Shown here in pieces: positions 49,384 to 63,345 of a DNA stretch of 64,000 bases; the first letter of the stretch is position 1; each line of letters starts with the position of its first letter. The notes below the pieces were generated by a model. It saw only the letters and a list, made by a program, of their open reading frames with translations, was not told the origin of the DNA and made no database searches. The DNA is from Setoptus koraiensis (taxonomy: Eukaryota; Animalia; Arthropoda). The stretch spans positions 2,976,001 to 3,040,000 of the forward strand of contig CM106585.1 in NCBI GenBank assembly GCA_048013815.1, written 5' to 3'. Both the position numbers and the translations under genes were made by a program.

Positions 49384-52300
49384 AACATTATGTAGGCAAC
49401 ATATGCTTGTCAAACACATAATGTATCGAGTAGGATGTAATTAATCATTTAATTAGTGCAAAAAGTCAGTTTAGAGGGAGAGAGCAAGAAAGTAACGGCC
49501 GGTTGTCCTGATAACGGCGCTTGTCGATATCGATTGATTCATCATCACCGTTAGATTCGAAAAGACGACGACAGAGCGAGAGAGAAACTAGAAACTCAAG
49601 AAACGATATTCAACAACTGGGCATAAATCCGTGAATGGTCAAACTCAAAGTTGAATCCCAGCTAGAGACTCCCTAGTAGAGAGAGAGAGAGAACGGGTTT
49701 CTCGATGATGGCCATTTTAGATGATTATGATTGCGCGATTACGTTTACGATGATGATGATGACGATGATTAGAAGTGAGGCAAGCCGGATAGCAGCACAA
49801 GTTGTGTGAGTTTGCAAAGCTAACGGAATCATTTAATCTGATTCCGTTCACTCGTTGTGCGTTGTACTTGTTCTTTCCACTGTTCTCTATAATGTGTTAT
49901 ATGAAAAAGAAGGTAATGACTAAAACCTGACTTTTAATCATTAGTTACCTAATGTTCACCGATTCTAATGCACATCTATTGATACATGCATTAGTATTCA
50001 TGCAAACACTGGCCAAGTGGACGCAGGCGAATGTAAATGGTTCTATTGGTTCTCTCTCTCTCTCTCTCTCTGGTCAACAGCAATGGCTACCCATTGATTG
50101 CATGTTGATTGCTGATCGTTGTTTAATTGAACTCGCAATAAAAGTGATTAGAAAACAAACAAAACTATCGAGCAATTGTTTGGCAAAGAGAGAAATAAAA
50201 GATCAGAAATGGAGGCCAGAGAAGGAATAATTTGCACTTGTATACGATGATGATTCTGGCGAGTAATAATAACAAAGAAATGATCTGATTTATGTGTTCG
50301 TATATAGAGGATGAACCAACTCGAGTATTCATTGTTATTAGATAATCCGCTCTCCTAACCCATTGTTTGCCATGGCAGTTGTTAGTCAGAGATCGAACAG
50401 ATCACACATCTTGGGCTCATTCTCGCACTTCTTCTTATTTGGTGTTTGTATTGGACATTATGTAATTTCTATCTGTTGATCATTGGCCGATACGTTAGGT
50501 GACCCCGCGATTACGATGAACTTGACCATAACTAGTGATACTACTACCTGAAGACATTACACCACATGGCTATCGCAGTTATAGGTCATCATGTATAGTT
50601 GTATCCAGTGGGCAACCTTACATTGTGTCTACACGTACTGATCACTGACTTGTGAGTTCATCAGTGAATTGTTTTTGTTAAAAATTATTCACAACAACAC
50701 ATTACGTCACAAACGCAACGACTGGTTGATTTGTATTTGTGCAACTCATTCATTGGTCAGTCAATAAGCAAGATCGTAACTAATCAATTAAGCATCGCAC
50801 AAACAAAAGAGAATTATATTAATTTTAATTCAATCTGTGCTTTCTAGCCACATGTTGTTCTAATCATGGCCACTGTTAGATAATAGTAGACGCAATTTGT
50901 TTATTGATACGCAACAAATCAAGCAAAAATCTAGTAAGAGACACAAACAGGATAAGAAAGAAAGAGTTCAAGTCCAAACCTTATACATCAGATCAGCATA
51001 AGTAAGGTTACATTTGCATAGCAAATTGGCAACCAACAACAATCGACACTTGTCCAACTTTTGCTTTTCATACTAACTTAACATTCAGTGGCTAGTTTTC
51101 TTAGTTCTACACTATACACTGTCCAAGAGATTGGTCATCCTAGCAAATACTTTTTGTTGTCTATTTCTACCTTAACAACAACGATCAGTATACGATTTCA
51201 TTCGAATGATAAAATGAAATCTTACATAAACTTGGATGAATGGTGCAACTGCACACCCCATTGATAAACTGAATATGGGCGAGCTAATGACAAAAGGTGC
51301 CTCAAAAAGAGAAAAATCCTGATTGATTCAGCGCAGTACTAGTCAATGTGTTTACTATACGATTTACTATCATACCATTGATTGGAAACAAAGACACAAT
51401 TATTATAATTAGTATGATTGTATTGTAATATTGAAACAGCAAGAGCTTTGCTAATTAGTCAATTATGATCATCATTGTTGTCTTAGAGAATAGTTTTTGT
51501 GCGTTCGAATAGTCTGATGTGATATGCATCAGACATAAATGACGACACATAATGTCAACGATCGAAAAATGTTTGCACTTGCAGCAATTTGCAACTTTCA
51601 ACCTTTATTAAGGCTCTATAACACCTGCTGTAGATCAAATAAACTTAATCACTCTTTTGTTTGTTTGTTTATTCGCTAGATCATTTGTTGAATTCATAGT
51701 AAATTATTAGTTGTCAATCGGTTAGCTACTGCAATAGAAACATAAATTAGAGATCAAGGAAAGTCAATATGTAACTTGTGATATCATTGACATAATAAAT
51801 ACAATGCTCTTATGAAAAAAGTGTGCAAACAATTAAAAGACGTCACATTACTATTAGTAAGTAATTAGTGTTGAAACAAAAAAAAGCTGACACGCTACAT
51901 AGCAGCGTGACATAAGATGATGAAAATGATGATCTCTATAGAATATCTATCGATGAGGAAAAGAAGACAATCGAAAGTAGTAATAATGGCAGTAGATAAT
52001 GTAAACATTTGCTCTAGAATATGAATATGTAAAATATTTCAGTATCCCTCATTGGCATTAATTAATGATAATAATGGGAGCAAACTAGTATAAAGGAGAA
52101 ACTTGAGACAAGAGAATGATTAATTGACAATAATCAATCAATGAGTATCAATTGAGCACCCATTTTGGTCAGCTTCATTCACTAAGGTATATTGGATAAT
52201 AAATAAGGCACAATGGTTAGTAGTTTATATACATACAAACTTACAAGCAAGCCAGAAGCTTCAATACCACTGACTTGCCGATGGGCACAATCAACACACT

Positions 52301-55300
52301 ATGCATATCGGAGTTATTGTTGTTTGATATGACAAATAATGAGATAGCATGACAATATCTATGCCATGCCGCCTTTGGTGTTGTTGACCATTAATTGACA
52401 ATCGACAGCAAAGTATTTGTCAAGATATCAGTTTTCGCGCCGACTTAACTTAATGAGAATTCAACAAATCATAAAATTCTAATCAAAATCTGTCGTTTGT
52501 TTATCTCTCTACTATTTTCATTAAACAAAAGACTTCGACAAGGAGACTGGTCACTGTCTATTTGGCGATATCAATGGTGTCATTAGTCATAACAATAGCA
52601 AATGGCCAACGAGGCGGTTGGGGACACGGTGGTCGAAGACACGATAATAATCACAATGACGATCATCACGATGACCACCACGATGACAACCACGATGACC
52701 ATCACGACGATCATCATGACGATAATAATGACGATAATGATGATAATGGTACAGATATACACATTCATGCTCATAAAGGTGATCATGTTCATTTAACAAT
52801 TGACAACGACGATGACGACGACGACGATGATAATGATGATGATCCAGGTGATGATGATGATCCAGGTGATGATGATGATCCAGGTGATGATGATGATCCT
52901 GGTGATGATGATGATGATGATGATGATGACAATGATAACCATCGTCGTCGTCGTCATCGTAGAAGACAGACTATACATATAGATATTGATCATGACGACG
53001 ATCACCACGAAGAACATCATGAGGAACATCATGAAGAAGAGCATCATGAAGAGGAGCATCATGAAGAACATCATGAGGAAGAGCACCACGAAGAACACCA
53101 CGAAGAACACCACGAAGAACAACATCACGATGATAATCATAATAACAATAACAACAATAACAACAATCACCCCAATTGGCCACCTCCGCCGCCTGGACCA
53201 TGGGGACATCCACCAGGAGGAAATGGAGGAAATCACGGCCGTTAAAACATTGATCAATTGTTAGTTAATTGTTTGTCATTTATGCTAATTAATTAGTTCA
53301 GTCGTTAGTACATTGACTCTATGATCCAATAGAATGACGAATGTTTGTCGATTATAAACTGTTATACAAGTTGAACATTAGACTAGAGTAAATTAATAAT
53401 AGAAAAAGTCTCGTGTTAGCCAGCCAATCAAATGAGACTTTAGGCAACAGAACAGTTACAAGCAAAACAATAATTGTTCTACTTTTTTATATTTAACCCG
53501 ACCTATTTCGCAATTTTATAAATTCTAGATCCAAACTTCGAATTATTTATACTTTCGCTATAAAAAAAATATTCGTGATAAGAATATTGTTGTCATAAAT
53601 CAAACAGATAGATAATTCCTAATTCAGAGAGGTGATGACGAATCAATTGTTGTCCTTATAGACTAATGTTTGCATCGAACGGTCATCCAAAATTGACGAC
53701 ATTAATGTTGCATTCATTTTGATAAATGAATGTTGTTAGAATGCAAATGTCAATGTCAAATACGAGCCAGATGAAATGGCACAATCAATGTAAACAATGT
53801 TATATTGTATAATCGTATATATTTTGTATTCTTGTATCTGGCTGAATTGAGATAATTCAGGTAGTAAGAATCTTAACGCTTCTCGACATTACGAAAGAGG
53901 CAATATTTCCACTAAGTGAAAGTGAGAATAAGTTGAGCGCAATCTATATTCTACCTAACTGAAACGTGAGGTAGAAAACGTTCATTCATAAATGGCAATT
54001 ATTTGTTTGTTTCTGAATTACAATATTTAGTCTTGTAGATATAGCATCGTCTTACAGCATCGTAAGCTCTTGCGTAAAATCTTGTAACACAAATGAGACA
54101 AACGTCAATTTCTGGTTAACGGTTAAAACGGCGTTGATTGTGATGGTCATCAGACACGAAAACAATAGTCATCAAAATGATGATTGCGGCTCTCACCAGC
54201 CATCATGCAAAAGACAGTGTCTGTTTTAGTAAAAGCAAGATTAAATTACAGTTTAGTTGTATTTCTCACTCTGGCACTGATTGAAATCTAGTGCTGAGAG
54301 CCATCAGTGACTATCAATTGCAAAAAGGAAATCGTTGCTCTGAGTTAATTGCTGCACATCTCTGATAACTGACAATAATAAAAAAGCTCTCACTAATACA
54401 ATCCAATCTATACGATGTATGGAAGCAACATCGATAAAGAAGGTGATCGTCATCTTCCATTGGTGATGTTGATTCAAGTAATTATCATAGGCAAAAGAAA
54501 GGGGTTCTTCTTTCTTTTTTATCATTTATTTTATGACTACTATCATTATAGTGAAATGCATAAGATGAAATGAAACACTTTCGCCGTTTTTTAGTTCTTA
54601 CTGTAATATATTACAGTAATCGCTTTGGCTATAATAATAAATTTAGATTCAATCAACTTTTTTGCAGAGTTTATTGTAACGTAACATGAACAAGAAGAGA
54701 GTTAATTCTTCTCTTCTTTTATATAATATATAAATGAATATATATTTTACTTTTAGTGAAACAAGTTTAGTGTTGATTGTTGCACTTGCAGCCAGATTTG
54801 AATTGACATTGATTTGACAAGACAATTCACTACACCTTTTCACTATAATTCAAAGAGAAGTCTCCCTCTCTGTTTCTCTCACACAAACACAATCCACATG
54901 ATAGCTGTGTGATAGGTTGCACCCGATAAGCTCATAGTCACCTGTACATGGATTGTGAGTAAGAAGTTTAAATAAGCGAAACAAATTTTAACAATAACTT
55001 TTTGTTGGGGTCGCTCTTTTTGTTCATGCATGCTCTTGTTCAATGTTTGTGGTTCACAATGTTAGTTAGTGTACATGTTGATCATTGAATCATTTAAAAA
55101 AGAATGATGATTTCATTTCATCTTAGTTCGTTTCGATTCAGTTCATTTCATTGAGATCGGATTAAACAGTTTGTTTGACGAGTTTACTTATTACTAACAT
55201 GTAACCAGCGAGAGCTATTCGATTCTATTTATGCATACATTTAAACAACAGGTTGATTTTAAACATGAGATAGGTTGAGAACACATATATTCGTATTCGA

Positions 55301-58300
55301 ACAAGCACAGTTGCTAGCTCAACAACAAAAAGAATACACGTTAGTGTTACAACAAAAATCAAATTTGTGTTCGTTCGGATACTTTCAATATCTGGCAAAT
55401 TGCGCCATATAGCGCGAGTGAATGCATTAAATAAATTGTTCAAAATTCATAATCATCCGGCAATAACAATTTATTGGCAGATGTATTCACTTAGATAATA
55501 TTATGAGGTCATAGAGACGTCAATGTTTTACATTTTAGATAGTCTTCAACAACACGAAGCCATGCTGTTCAGTTTAGAAGGCAACATTTTCAACAATCAG
55601 CAACTGGTTTATTGCAACCATTGTGTCCGTTGACCAGCCGACAAGTTGTTGCAATTTGATTATCATGACAACAAAAACGAAGCAAGAAAACTTGAAAGAA
55701 GAACAAATTATAATTCTTTAAATAGACGAGCCAACAAGCGAGAAAAGAATTCAAACAATATGGCTAATTAGTCGATGATAATTATTAAGTACATACCTGG
55801 TCGGCCATAAAATCTGCTTGCGTAACAGACTGTGGTGATAAACTTCTGCGCGTCGGTCTACTAATAGAAGCTTTCTTAGCACCGTTATTTTCAATAGTTG
55901 CACTAAGATGTGGCATTTGGTGCCGGACATTGATATTTCTGTGATGCTGTTGTTGTTGTGGAATCATTTCTATTGGCATAGCACTAACTTGTGAATTGTG
56001 TTTATGATGATGATGGTGCTGTTGTCGTTGTTGTTGCCCATTAACGGAATTAGCTTGATGATGATGATTGTGTTGTTTGTTGTTTACTGGCATATTGGTA
56101 GCGCTTAGTTGCTGATTGTTGTTGCTAACGGCACCTGTTATGGGCGCCAATAATGCCGAATCGTTAGAGCTATTAGTTATAATGGACGATCGTGAATCAA
56201 GATGATGATCTAAGACAGCGCGAGTGCCATATGGAATTGTTGGCATTTGTTGTTGCTGTTTATTATTGGTGCTGTTATTAGCTGATGATGAGCTAGTTAT
56301 TGGTGATGTTGGGGAGACAGCATGTTGCTGTATTAGTGACTGTTCTGTTGTTTGTTGGCCATTATTATCAGTATTACTATTATTATAGTTAGTTGGAGAT
56401 GCTTGACTACTACGACCACTATTACTACTACTTCTATTACTACTTGGCGTTATTTGCTGTGACGCAACCACATTTGGCCTAGTTGAAGGTTGCACAGTTG
56501 TGGGTGATGTGGGTTTCCTGTTAGTATTGTTATTAGTTCAAGAAGAGAAATAATCGATTAGAATAAAGTCAATAAAAATCGTCGTAGTATTTGTAGAGTC
56601 TTGTTGAGGCCATTCGAAAATACATTAGAGAAAAAAAGCAAGTTATTTTTGCTTGTTTTTGTGTAAAAAAAATATTCTCTTTCTTTGGATGCCAAATCGA
56701 GCACAAAACAATAGAACATTTTGATCATTCTAATACAAAAATCCTACATTTTAACTTATATTGAGCTTATTGACAATAATTCCCATCTAATACTATAATT
56801 AATACTGTAACTGAATCAAATTATTATCCATCCCATAGGGAGTATCTCCGATGATGAGCTTCTTTTCGACACCAGTCTAGCAATAATGCAGATGTGACCA
56901 TGCATCATTAAAAGTCACTACATTATTATTCGAATTTTTATTTATTGCAACTTGCAAATCAAATTCAATCAACAACATTGAACAATTCAACAATAATACT
57001 GGTAACAGTGATAGATCACAAATATAAAGAAGCACGCCACAATGAATAAATCCATGGAAGATAAAGCAAAGTTGGTGTGCATGATGTAATTGTTTTATAA
57101 TAATAGCATTGCATGTTTTCAAAATGTTACTAACTCATTATGCTCGATCATTTTTTCAGTTGGTTTCCATCATGGACACACATATAACATATCACATTAA
57201 TAATGAAAGGAAGTAAGTTAATCGGGCCAAACATCAAATGTATGCATTCTATACTGCTAGAGTTGTTACAAGTGTGTGTCGCTTTTTATCTTTTCAGCCG
57301 AGACTGAAATTGATTTGATTTTAGATGTCAGATTGAAATCAATTCGCAATTGTCAGTCAAACAAAATGCATCCTCTCACATTGCCGATCATAATAGAACT
57401 GAACTGATAGACGAACAATCTGATTAATAATCAGGGAATAATAAACATTAGTTCTTTCTATAATGGCTACTATTAATGTAATAGCATATGTAGGCGACAA
57501 CTTGCTGGTAACAATGAATTTCAAACACATCCACTGTAAATACGCAATTTTTACTTTTCATCATATATTACCTCAATGTTACATCAACAACAGCCTATCA
57601 ATGCTTAAAAACCAAGTTTTACAACTTGTTAGTCGACTAACATCGCAGATACAATACCCAATAGTGGCCCAACCTTTCTGATGATTGTGCGATTAAGTGT
57701 GATATATTCAAAGTGGAATCAAATGGCCACCAACAGACTACCACAAACATCATAGAGCACAATTAACAACCGATGTGTTTGCCATCGAATTAGTTTATCA
57801 GCCCACCAGTTTAGTTTATGATCGGATTAGGGTGTCAACACATACGTATTACGACAATTGGCCACAGATATATCAATGTTTATGCTCGCAATTTACTAAT
57901 GAAGCATAATGAGAGACCTTATCGACTAACAAGGCAATCACCATGTGGACACGGTCGTATCGTAAGCGTATATTTCATTTTCGTACATTTGCTCGGCAAT
58001 TCAGAGAACGGGCTTTTTCCTTGAACTAGCATTTCATGGTCGTACATGTACAATCCAATGCTAGAGATACCTTCATTCATCGCTATGAGAGAAAATGTTA
58101 ATTTTCAGGTCTTTTCTTCAGTGTCGCCAATGAGCATATCATAAAAGATGTATTGAAACAATGGCAACATTAAGCGTCGCAATCCACAAGTTTTGAAGGA
58201 TTCGAAGCTTACTCTGGAAAAACTGTCGTCGGAATCGTTGAAACAAATCTAAGACAACAATGACCGCGCTAGTTTTGTTGGTATAGCCGCATTGAAGAAG

Positions 58301-59094
58301 GTCTTTCAAAAGACAGATTTAGCGAATTACCAAAGATATCACTGAATGCTAGAACGAATGGTCAGAATGCAGTCTGTTCTAATTGTTTAGTAACTATCAT
58401 TCAAACAGCTTGTTTAGCATAGACTATCAGACAACATAGTTGATAGACGCTGCTTCCTAATCGAGATACCCCTCTCCTCCGCCTCAAGCTCATCATATGA
58501 AAGCTCCGGATATTTCAGCTCGTCTTTCATCACAGGATCTCACAGCTCACAATTGCCATCTAGACAGCACACAAGTAACGTCTGCCTAAGACATTTAAAC
58601 CCGATTATATGCAGTGAAAGAGGACCTGACCGTCAATTGCATGGCGATATTAATGTTGACAATTTTGTCCCTAGTAACGATCGCTGTTATTATTGATTTA
58701 TTCATCACACATTTAGTTTGTAGTAAACAACTACAAATATTAGTTCCAGGGTTGGACTTGTTCAATTCAAGATTGCCAATCGGGCCAAACCATCACCTGA
58801 ACAGCAAGGCAATAAGTAGGGCCAACAGAATCGGTTATTCATCATTTATTTTTAGTCGGGTAAATACTCTTAAAATTCATATGTGAGCAAACAATACATA
58901 AATGAGTGGTTCAAGAGACTTTTGTTTCCACCGAAATATCGAAATCATGTATATTTTCTGTGAAGTGTACGCCGATGAAACAACCCAGAGCCCTCTCTAT
59001 GTAATTGAAATGTGCTGTTCAGACCGAAAAGAATCATGCCAACTACTTGTTGAATTCTTCTCTTTTTTTCTCATTGATCCTCTCTCTCTCTCTG

Positions 59095-59155
<61 letters not shown>

Positions 59156-60745
59156 ATTGTTTTCTCAATTGAATTGATGTAAGCGTCTTGGCACTTCAAC
59201 TCACAATCCCACTCTACGAATAAACAAACCAACACATAGACATGAGTGACCTCAACTTGAGCAATCATAACAATCCTACTCACAATAATCACAGTTCATA
59301 AATACAGGTAGTTGACAAATATGACATTCCCACGCACGATGTTGCAATGCACGACCAATGTATCTTGAGTAGGTATTATTACCAGTATTATTCGTTGCAC
59401 AATAAGACACCGTCGACATCAGAGTTATTGAGCATCATCTCTCATGCATCGATCGTATACTACATAGTGTTCACTAAATATACCATAGTCGATTGAAATT
59501 TGTGATATTGGATGTTAAAAGTCGCTGCTTCACATCAGTTGTTTTGCAACAAACCAGACATTCGAAAAAATATAGAGACAGAGACAAACTCAATAGAGCT
59601 CGCAATCACTTTGCCACATAAACTGCTAAGTAAACTAGAGCAAAACAACTACAACTCGGTCTATAAAATGTGGCAATCGTGACTTTCATACGAACATCAC
59701 TGGCAACAAATGGTTGAGTTTCTTCTTATGAAGAAAAACTAATGCAAAACCAACTATCAAAGAGATCAACTCACTCGAGTATTAATAGGTGGTCAACTTT
59801 GTGATGCTGTCAAACTATAACAAAAACTTTAGCGATTATTGTCATCGCCTTGCCTTGTCAAATATTTCACTATATATATATGATTCATACGGTCAAGTAC
59901 AGATATAGAATTAATGATGATACTTACGCTTTTTCCCTTTGAGCCGCTATCTGATTGAAAACATTAACTGTCTCCTTAACATTGACATTAACAACAGGTA
60001 TTTTGTTGTTGTTGTTGCTGTTATTTGCTGTTGTCACCGACGATACTGACGACACTTTTGATGATGATGATGATGTGTTATTAACAGAACTAGACTTGTT
60101 GTTGCCGTTGTTAGTTTCTTTATTATTAGATGTTGGCTGTGATTTATCGTCGTTCTTAGTTGAAGACCAATTATTTGAAGCTGAACAAATTGAGCCGTCG
60201 CTAGTAGTATTCTGATCGTTCGTTCTATCTTTATTGAACGATTGTTTTGAGCCACTATTCCAATTTAAAATATCGTCAACAACCTGTTGGGCCTGGTGTG
60301 ATACACATTGAAATATGTGCAATTCGCCAGGACCATTATCACTGGGATTCTGTATTGTGAATAATATAATATTATTATATATATGATTACTGTGATTGAA
60401 TGCACCGGGTTGTTGTATATATGACATGGGAAATCTTTCAACTGTTGATTCTGTCTCGCAATCAACAATCAGCATATAATTGTCTTTTAATTCAATTTGC
60501 ATTCTTTGGGTCCAAATTCCGGATGATTTCTCCAAATCAAATAATCGCTGAAGAGCCAATTTAGGCGTAGTGGCATTAGCATTGTTGTTTGTGGCAGATG
60601 ACAATTCATCATTGTCGGCATTAGTTTCATCGCGATTGTTGCCTGTTGTCGTATCATTTCGATCAAAACTTAACGAAGAACTTTGAGTAGAGAATGTAGC
60701 AAGATGTTCAACATCATAGACTACATTAGACTCACAAGTTGCCAT
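48591..60745 (-). CDS. Eps8: Eps8 / arouser family adaptor; coding exons 60745-59928, 56517-55797, 48963-48591; later exons (SH3, SAM) not found in the window
   Basis: Exon A is an Eps8-type PTB (YDVEHLATF...GIWTQRMQIEL...VERFP...YNNIILFTI...ELHIFQC). Exon C has the signature LNHCFDDIEKF...[32 protein letters not shown]. Splice phases are consistent: GC|gtaagt..taacag|G, CAG|gtatgt..aacag|GTT, G|gtaagt. A UTR acceptor lies at 60759. Confidence 0.92.
52089..52095 (+). promoter_or_regulatory. Candidate TATA box of the nested His-rich gene
   Basis: TATAAAG about 120 nt upstream of the proposed ATG at 52213. Confidence 0.4.
52213..53245 (+). CDS. Secreted His/Asp/Glu-rich repetitive protein, 238 aa, nested antisense in an Eps8 intron; exons 52213-52215 (ATG only) and 52532-53245
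   Basis: cacaATG|gttagt donor and aaacaaaag| acceptor give MTSTRRLVTVYLAISMVSLVITIANG (signal-peptide-like), then QRGGWGHGG. Ordered blocks follow: (HHDDN)n, IHIHAHKGDHVHLTID, (DDDDPG)x4, RRRRHRRR, IHIDID, (HHEE)n, poly-N, WPPPPPGPWGHPP. Synonymous variation between repeats (GAA/GAG, CAT/CAC) preserves the amino acids. Confidence 0.85.
59079..59152 (+). repeat. (TC)n microsatellite with an internal TGATCC duplication
   Basis: Direct reading, inside an Eps8 intron. Confidence 0.95.
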
Positions 60746-63345
60746 TGTTCTTCAATTTCTATTGATGAAAATAAAATTGAATCTTTGATCTCGGCAAAAT
60801 TAGTAAATGTAATATAATAGTAATATTGTTGTGTATGGCAATAAACACAATTGATGTGTATAGTACGAATGGTGATAGGATGAATAAACTATAATGTTCA
60901 CTTAATTAATATAGTGATGTCTAATTATAACATCGATGAGCTCTGCCGGTGGAAATGGCATGTTTGTTGCGTTGTAATTCCTATAGACGGTATGATTTAC
61001 AACAAAAACAATCGTTCAATTGTTGTCACAAATAACAAAATCAAAAACTGGTATTACAATAATATAAAGATAGGCCTATTGATTTACTCTTGTCTTTGTC
61101 TCTTTTTAGTGAACATTATCAGATGTCTGGTGATATTATTATTACATGCACTAGTGGTATATCGTCAACAGCTAACAATAGACGTATATATATAATAATT
61201 ATATGGTTGTTGCATGAACAATTGTTGTAATGAATCAGCTCTAATTGTAATTGCTACCATATACATTATTAGAATAGCTTGATTGTGATGTAATAGTTAG
61301 TAGCGATATATTGTTGCTTGATATAACATAGATAATTATTGTTGTTTGTGCATAAAAACGCTAAAATGCTTGTGTCAGCTTAATATCATTATCATTATAT
61401 TACTACTAGACTACAACCAAAAGAGATCTCTAATAACGTGATCTATTTAGTCTATGTGAATGGCAATTGTTTCTGTGGCAGTTGTTATTATTGATGTTAA
61501 TTTTGATTTTGATGTCGAGTATTTGCTATTGTTGTTGCTGTCGTTGAGTTGTTGTTGTTGCAAAATTTAGTTTGCAAAGTCGTTAGATTAAAAAAACTAT
61601 TTTAGCTGTTATAGCTGTTCTAAACTGGCCCATAATATGTAAAGGTAACACCTATGACTTGTTGGCTGGTGATGATGGCGTCACATATCATCATCTGCTA
61701 CCTGTTCTATCTGTAACAAATCAGTGTTGTTGCTGTTGTTCTTGCAACTATAAGATCATTCTGTCAGTGTCTTAGCATCGAATCAGCTAGTTTCAGTGAG
61801 TACAGTTGTTTCGAAAGGTCCAAAGTTTAACGTGAAGAGAGAAAAAGAAAGATTCTTGCTCTATTATTATCTGGTCTTGTCTTATGCAGTTAATGTAGCC
61901 AAGTCTTATATTGCTGATCTTATGATATCGATCTGCTGCAATATAAGCTTGCTGTTGTTGCTGTTGCTGTCAGTGTTTGTGAGGCAGTTTGTGAATATCT
62001 ACTCACCTCAACGTAATTCTTTTACTTAAGCGAAGAATTTTACTTTTGAACAACTGTGTGTGTCAGTGAATGCGAGTAGAAAGAGCAAGAAAGAGAGAGA
62101 GAAAGAAAAAAATATGTTAGCTAGAGTCTCTTCTTTTTTCCATTGCTTCTTCTTCTGCTTCTTCTTCATTCGAATGCTGACGTCGTGGCCATGGCCATTT
62201 ATGATTGTGAAGCTACACAACAGGTGAGTTCTCTCTGTGAATCATTGCTGCTGTTGATGTTGCCAAGTGGCTAAACAACAACTGTTGAATGAGAGAGAGA
62301 GAAAGAGAGACTCTGCCTCTGGTCTAATTCAGCCTGAGCTCACTGTTATTGTTACTGTGTTACGTAAGACTCGGCTCTCGCTAACCGGCTTTGGGCTGGG
62401 CTTAGAATTTATTTATTCTATCGCGTTATTTCGTTGGCTCTTTTTGTAGGCTTCGAGAGAACGTTGAATTGAGAACATTAGACTCAAATAATCTAAGTCC
62501 ATGTGATGTTGCCTCTTCATTCGTTTATCGTGAGTGAGTGTTGAATGCATCTGTCCATAGATGATGCAACCGACCATGCCAGTTACCCATTTTAGTACTT
62601 ATAATGACTCGCTCATCAACAACCAACAGAACCAAACTAACCTTACTCATGTGTATGGACTCAGCGACAGCAATAGCAGTATCTATCTGTGATGTCTAGG
62701 TTACTAGCAGTAGTAGTAAGTTAGTATTAGCTGGTGGTAGTATTAGTGGTTATGTATTGAGATGAGATGAGAGGGAGAGAGAGAGAGCAAAACCTAAAAG
62801 CGAAGAGAGTCTTCGAAAACTAACTTGCTGTTGTTTGCTGTTTTAAATGACTTACTGACTAACGTTAGATTGGCTAACATAACATTAGGTTGGGATTAAT
62901 TACAGAGAAATCGTTGAGCTCGCACTATTGAGATGATTGTGTGATGACTAGAATGATGATGCAATTTGCTACTAGAATTAATAATTGGATTTATTTAAGC
63001 ATTGTTTTAATGTAGACTTACAACTTTAATATAAAAGTAGTTGATTGTTGTAGCACCCTAGACTTATTAGAAATCGGATACTATTAGTAGTAATAGTCAG
63101 CTGAATGATTAACTAACTAATGTTTAGCTTTTGTGGATAATCTAATCCTAGCTCGCAGTCATACTTTTGCTCTCAAAAGAACATTGCAGCTTACACAATT
63201 CTTTTCTGATGAATTGCATTAAAATATGATCGTGGGCCATGTTTTACTGTTTTTTGTTCTTCAACAACACCTGGGCATATTTATTTTGGCTTTCACTGTC
63301 ATTCCGATATTCATATTGATCAACACATTTTTTTATGTAGGGCTA

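Noticed and set aside
52583-53264. Met/Ile/Thr-rich and Val/Phe-rich ORFs overlapping the His-rich gene
   Set aside because: Alternative frames of GAT/CAT/GAA repeats; only the His/Asp frame has a signal peptide and splice support.
55340-55385. Partial resemblance to miR-137 and miR-375 mature sequences
   Set aside because: Matches cover only 11-12 nt, lack the proper seed context, and no hairpin is evident.
62125-62229. Plus-strand VVAMAIYDCEATQQ followed by cag|gtgagt, faintly like an SH3 start
   Set aside because: Too short, on the wrong strand for Eps8, preceded by an in-frame stop, and no second SH3 exon was found.
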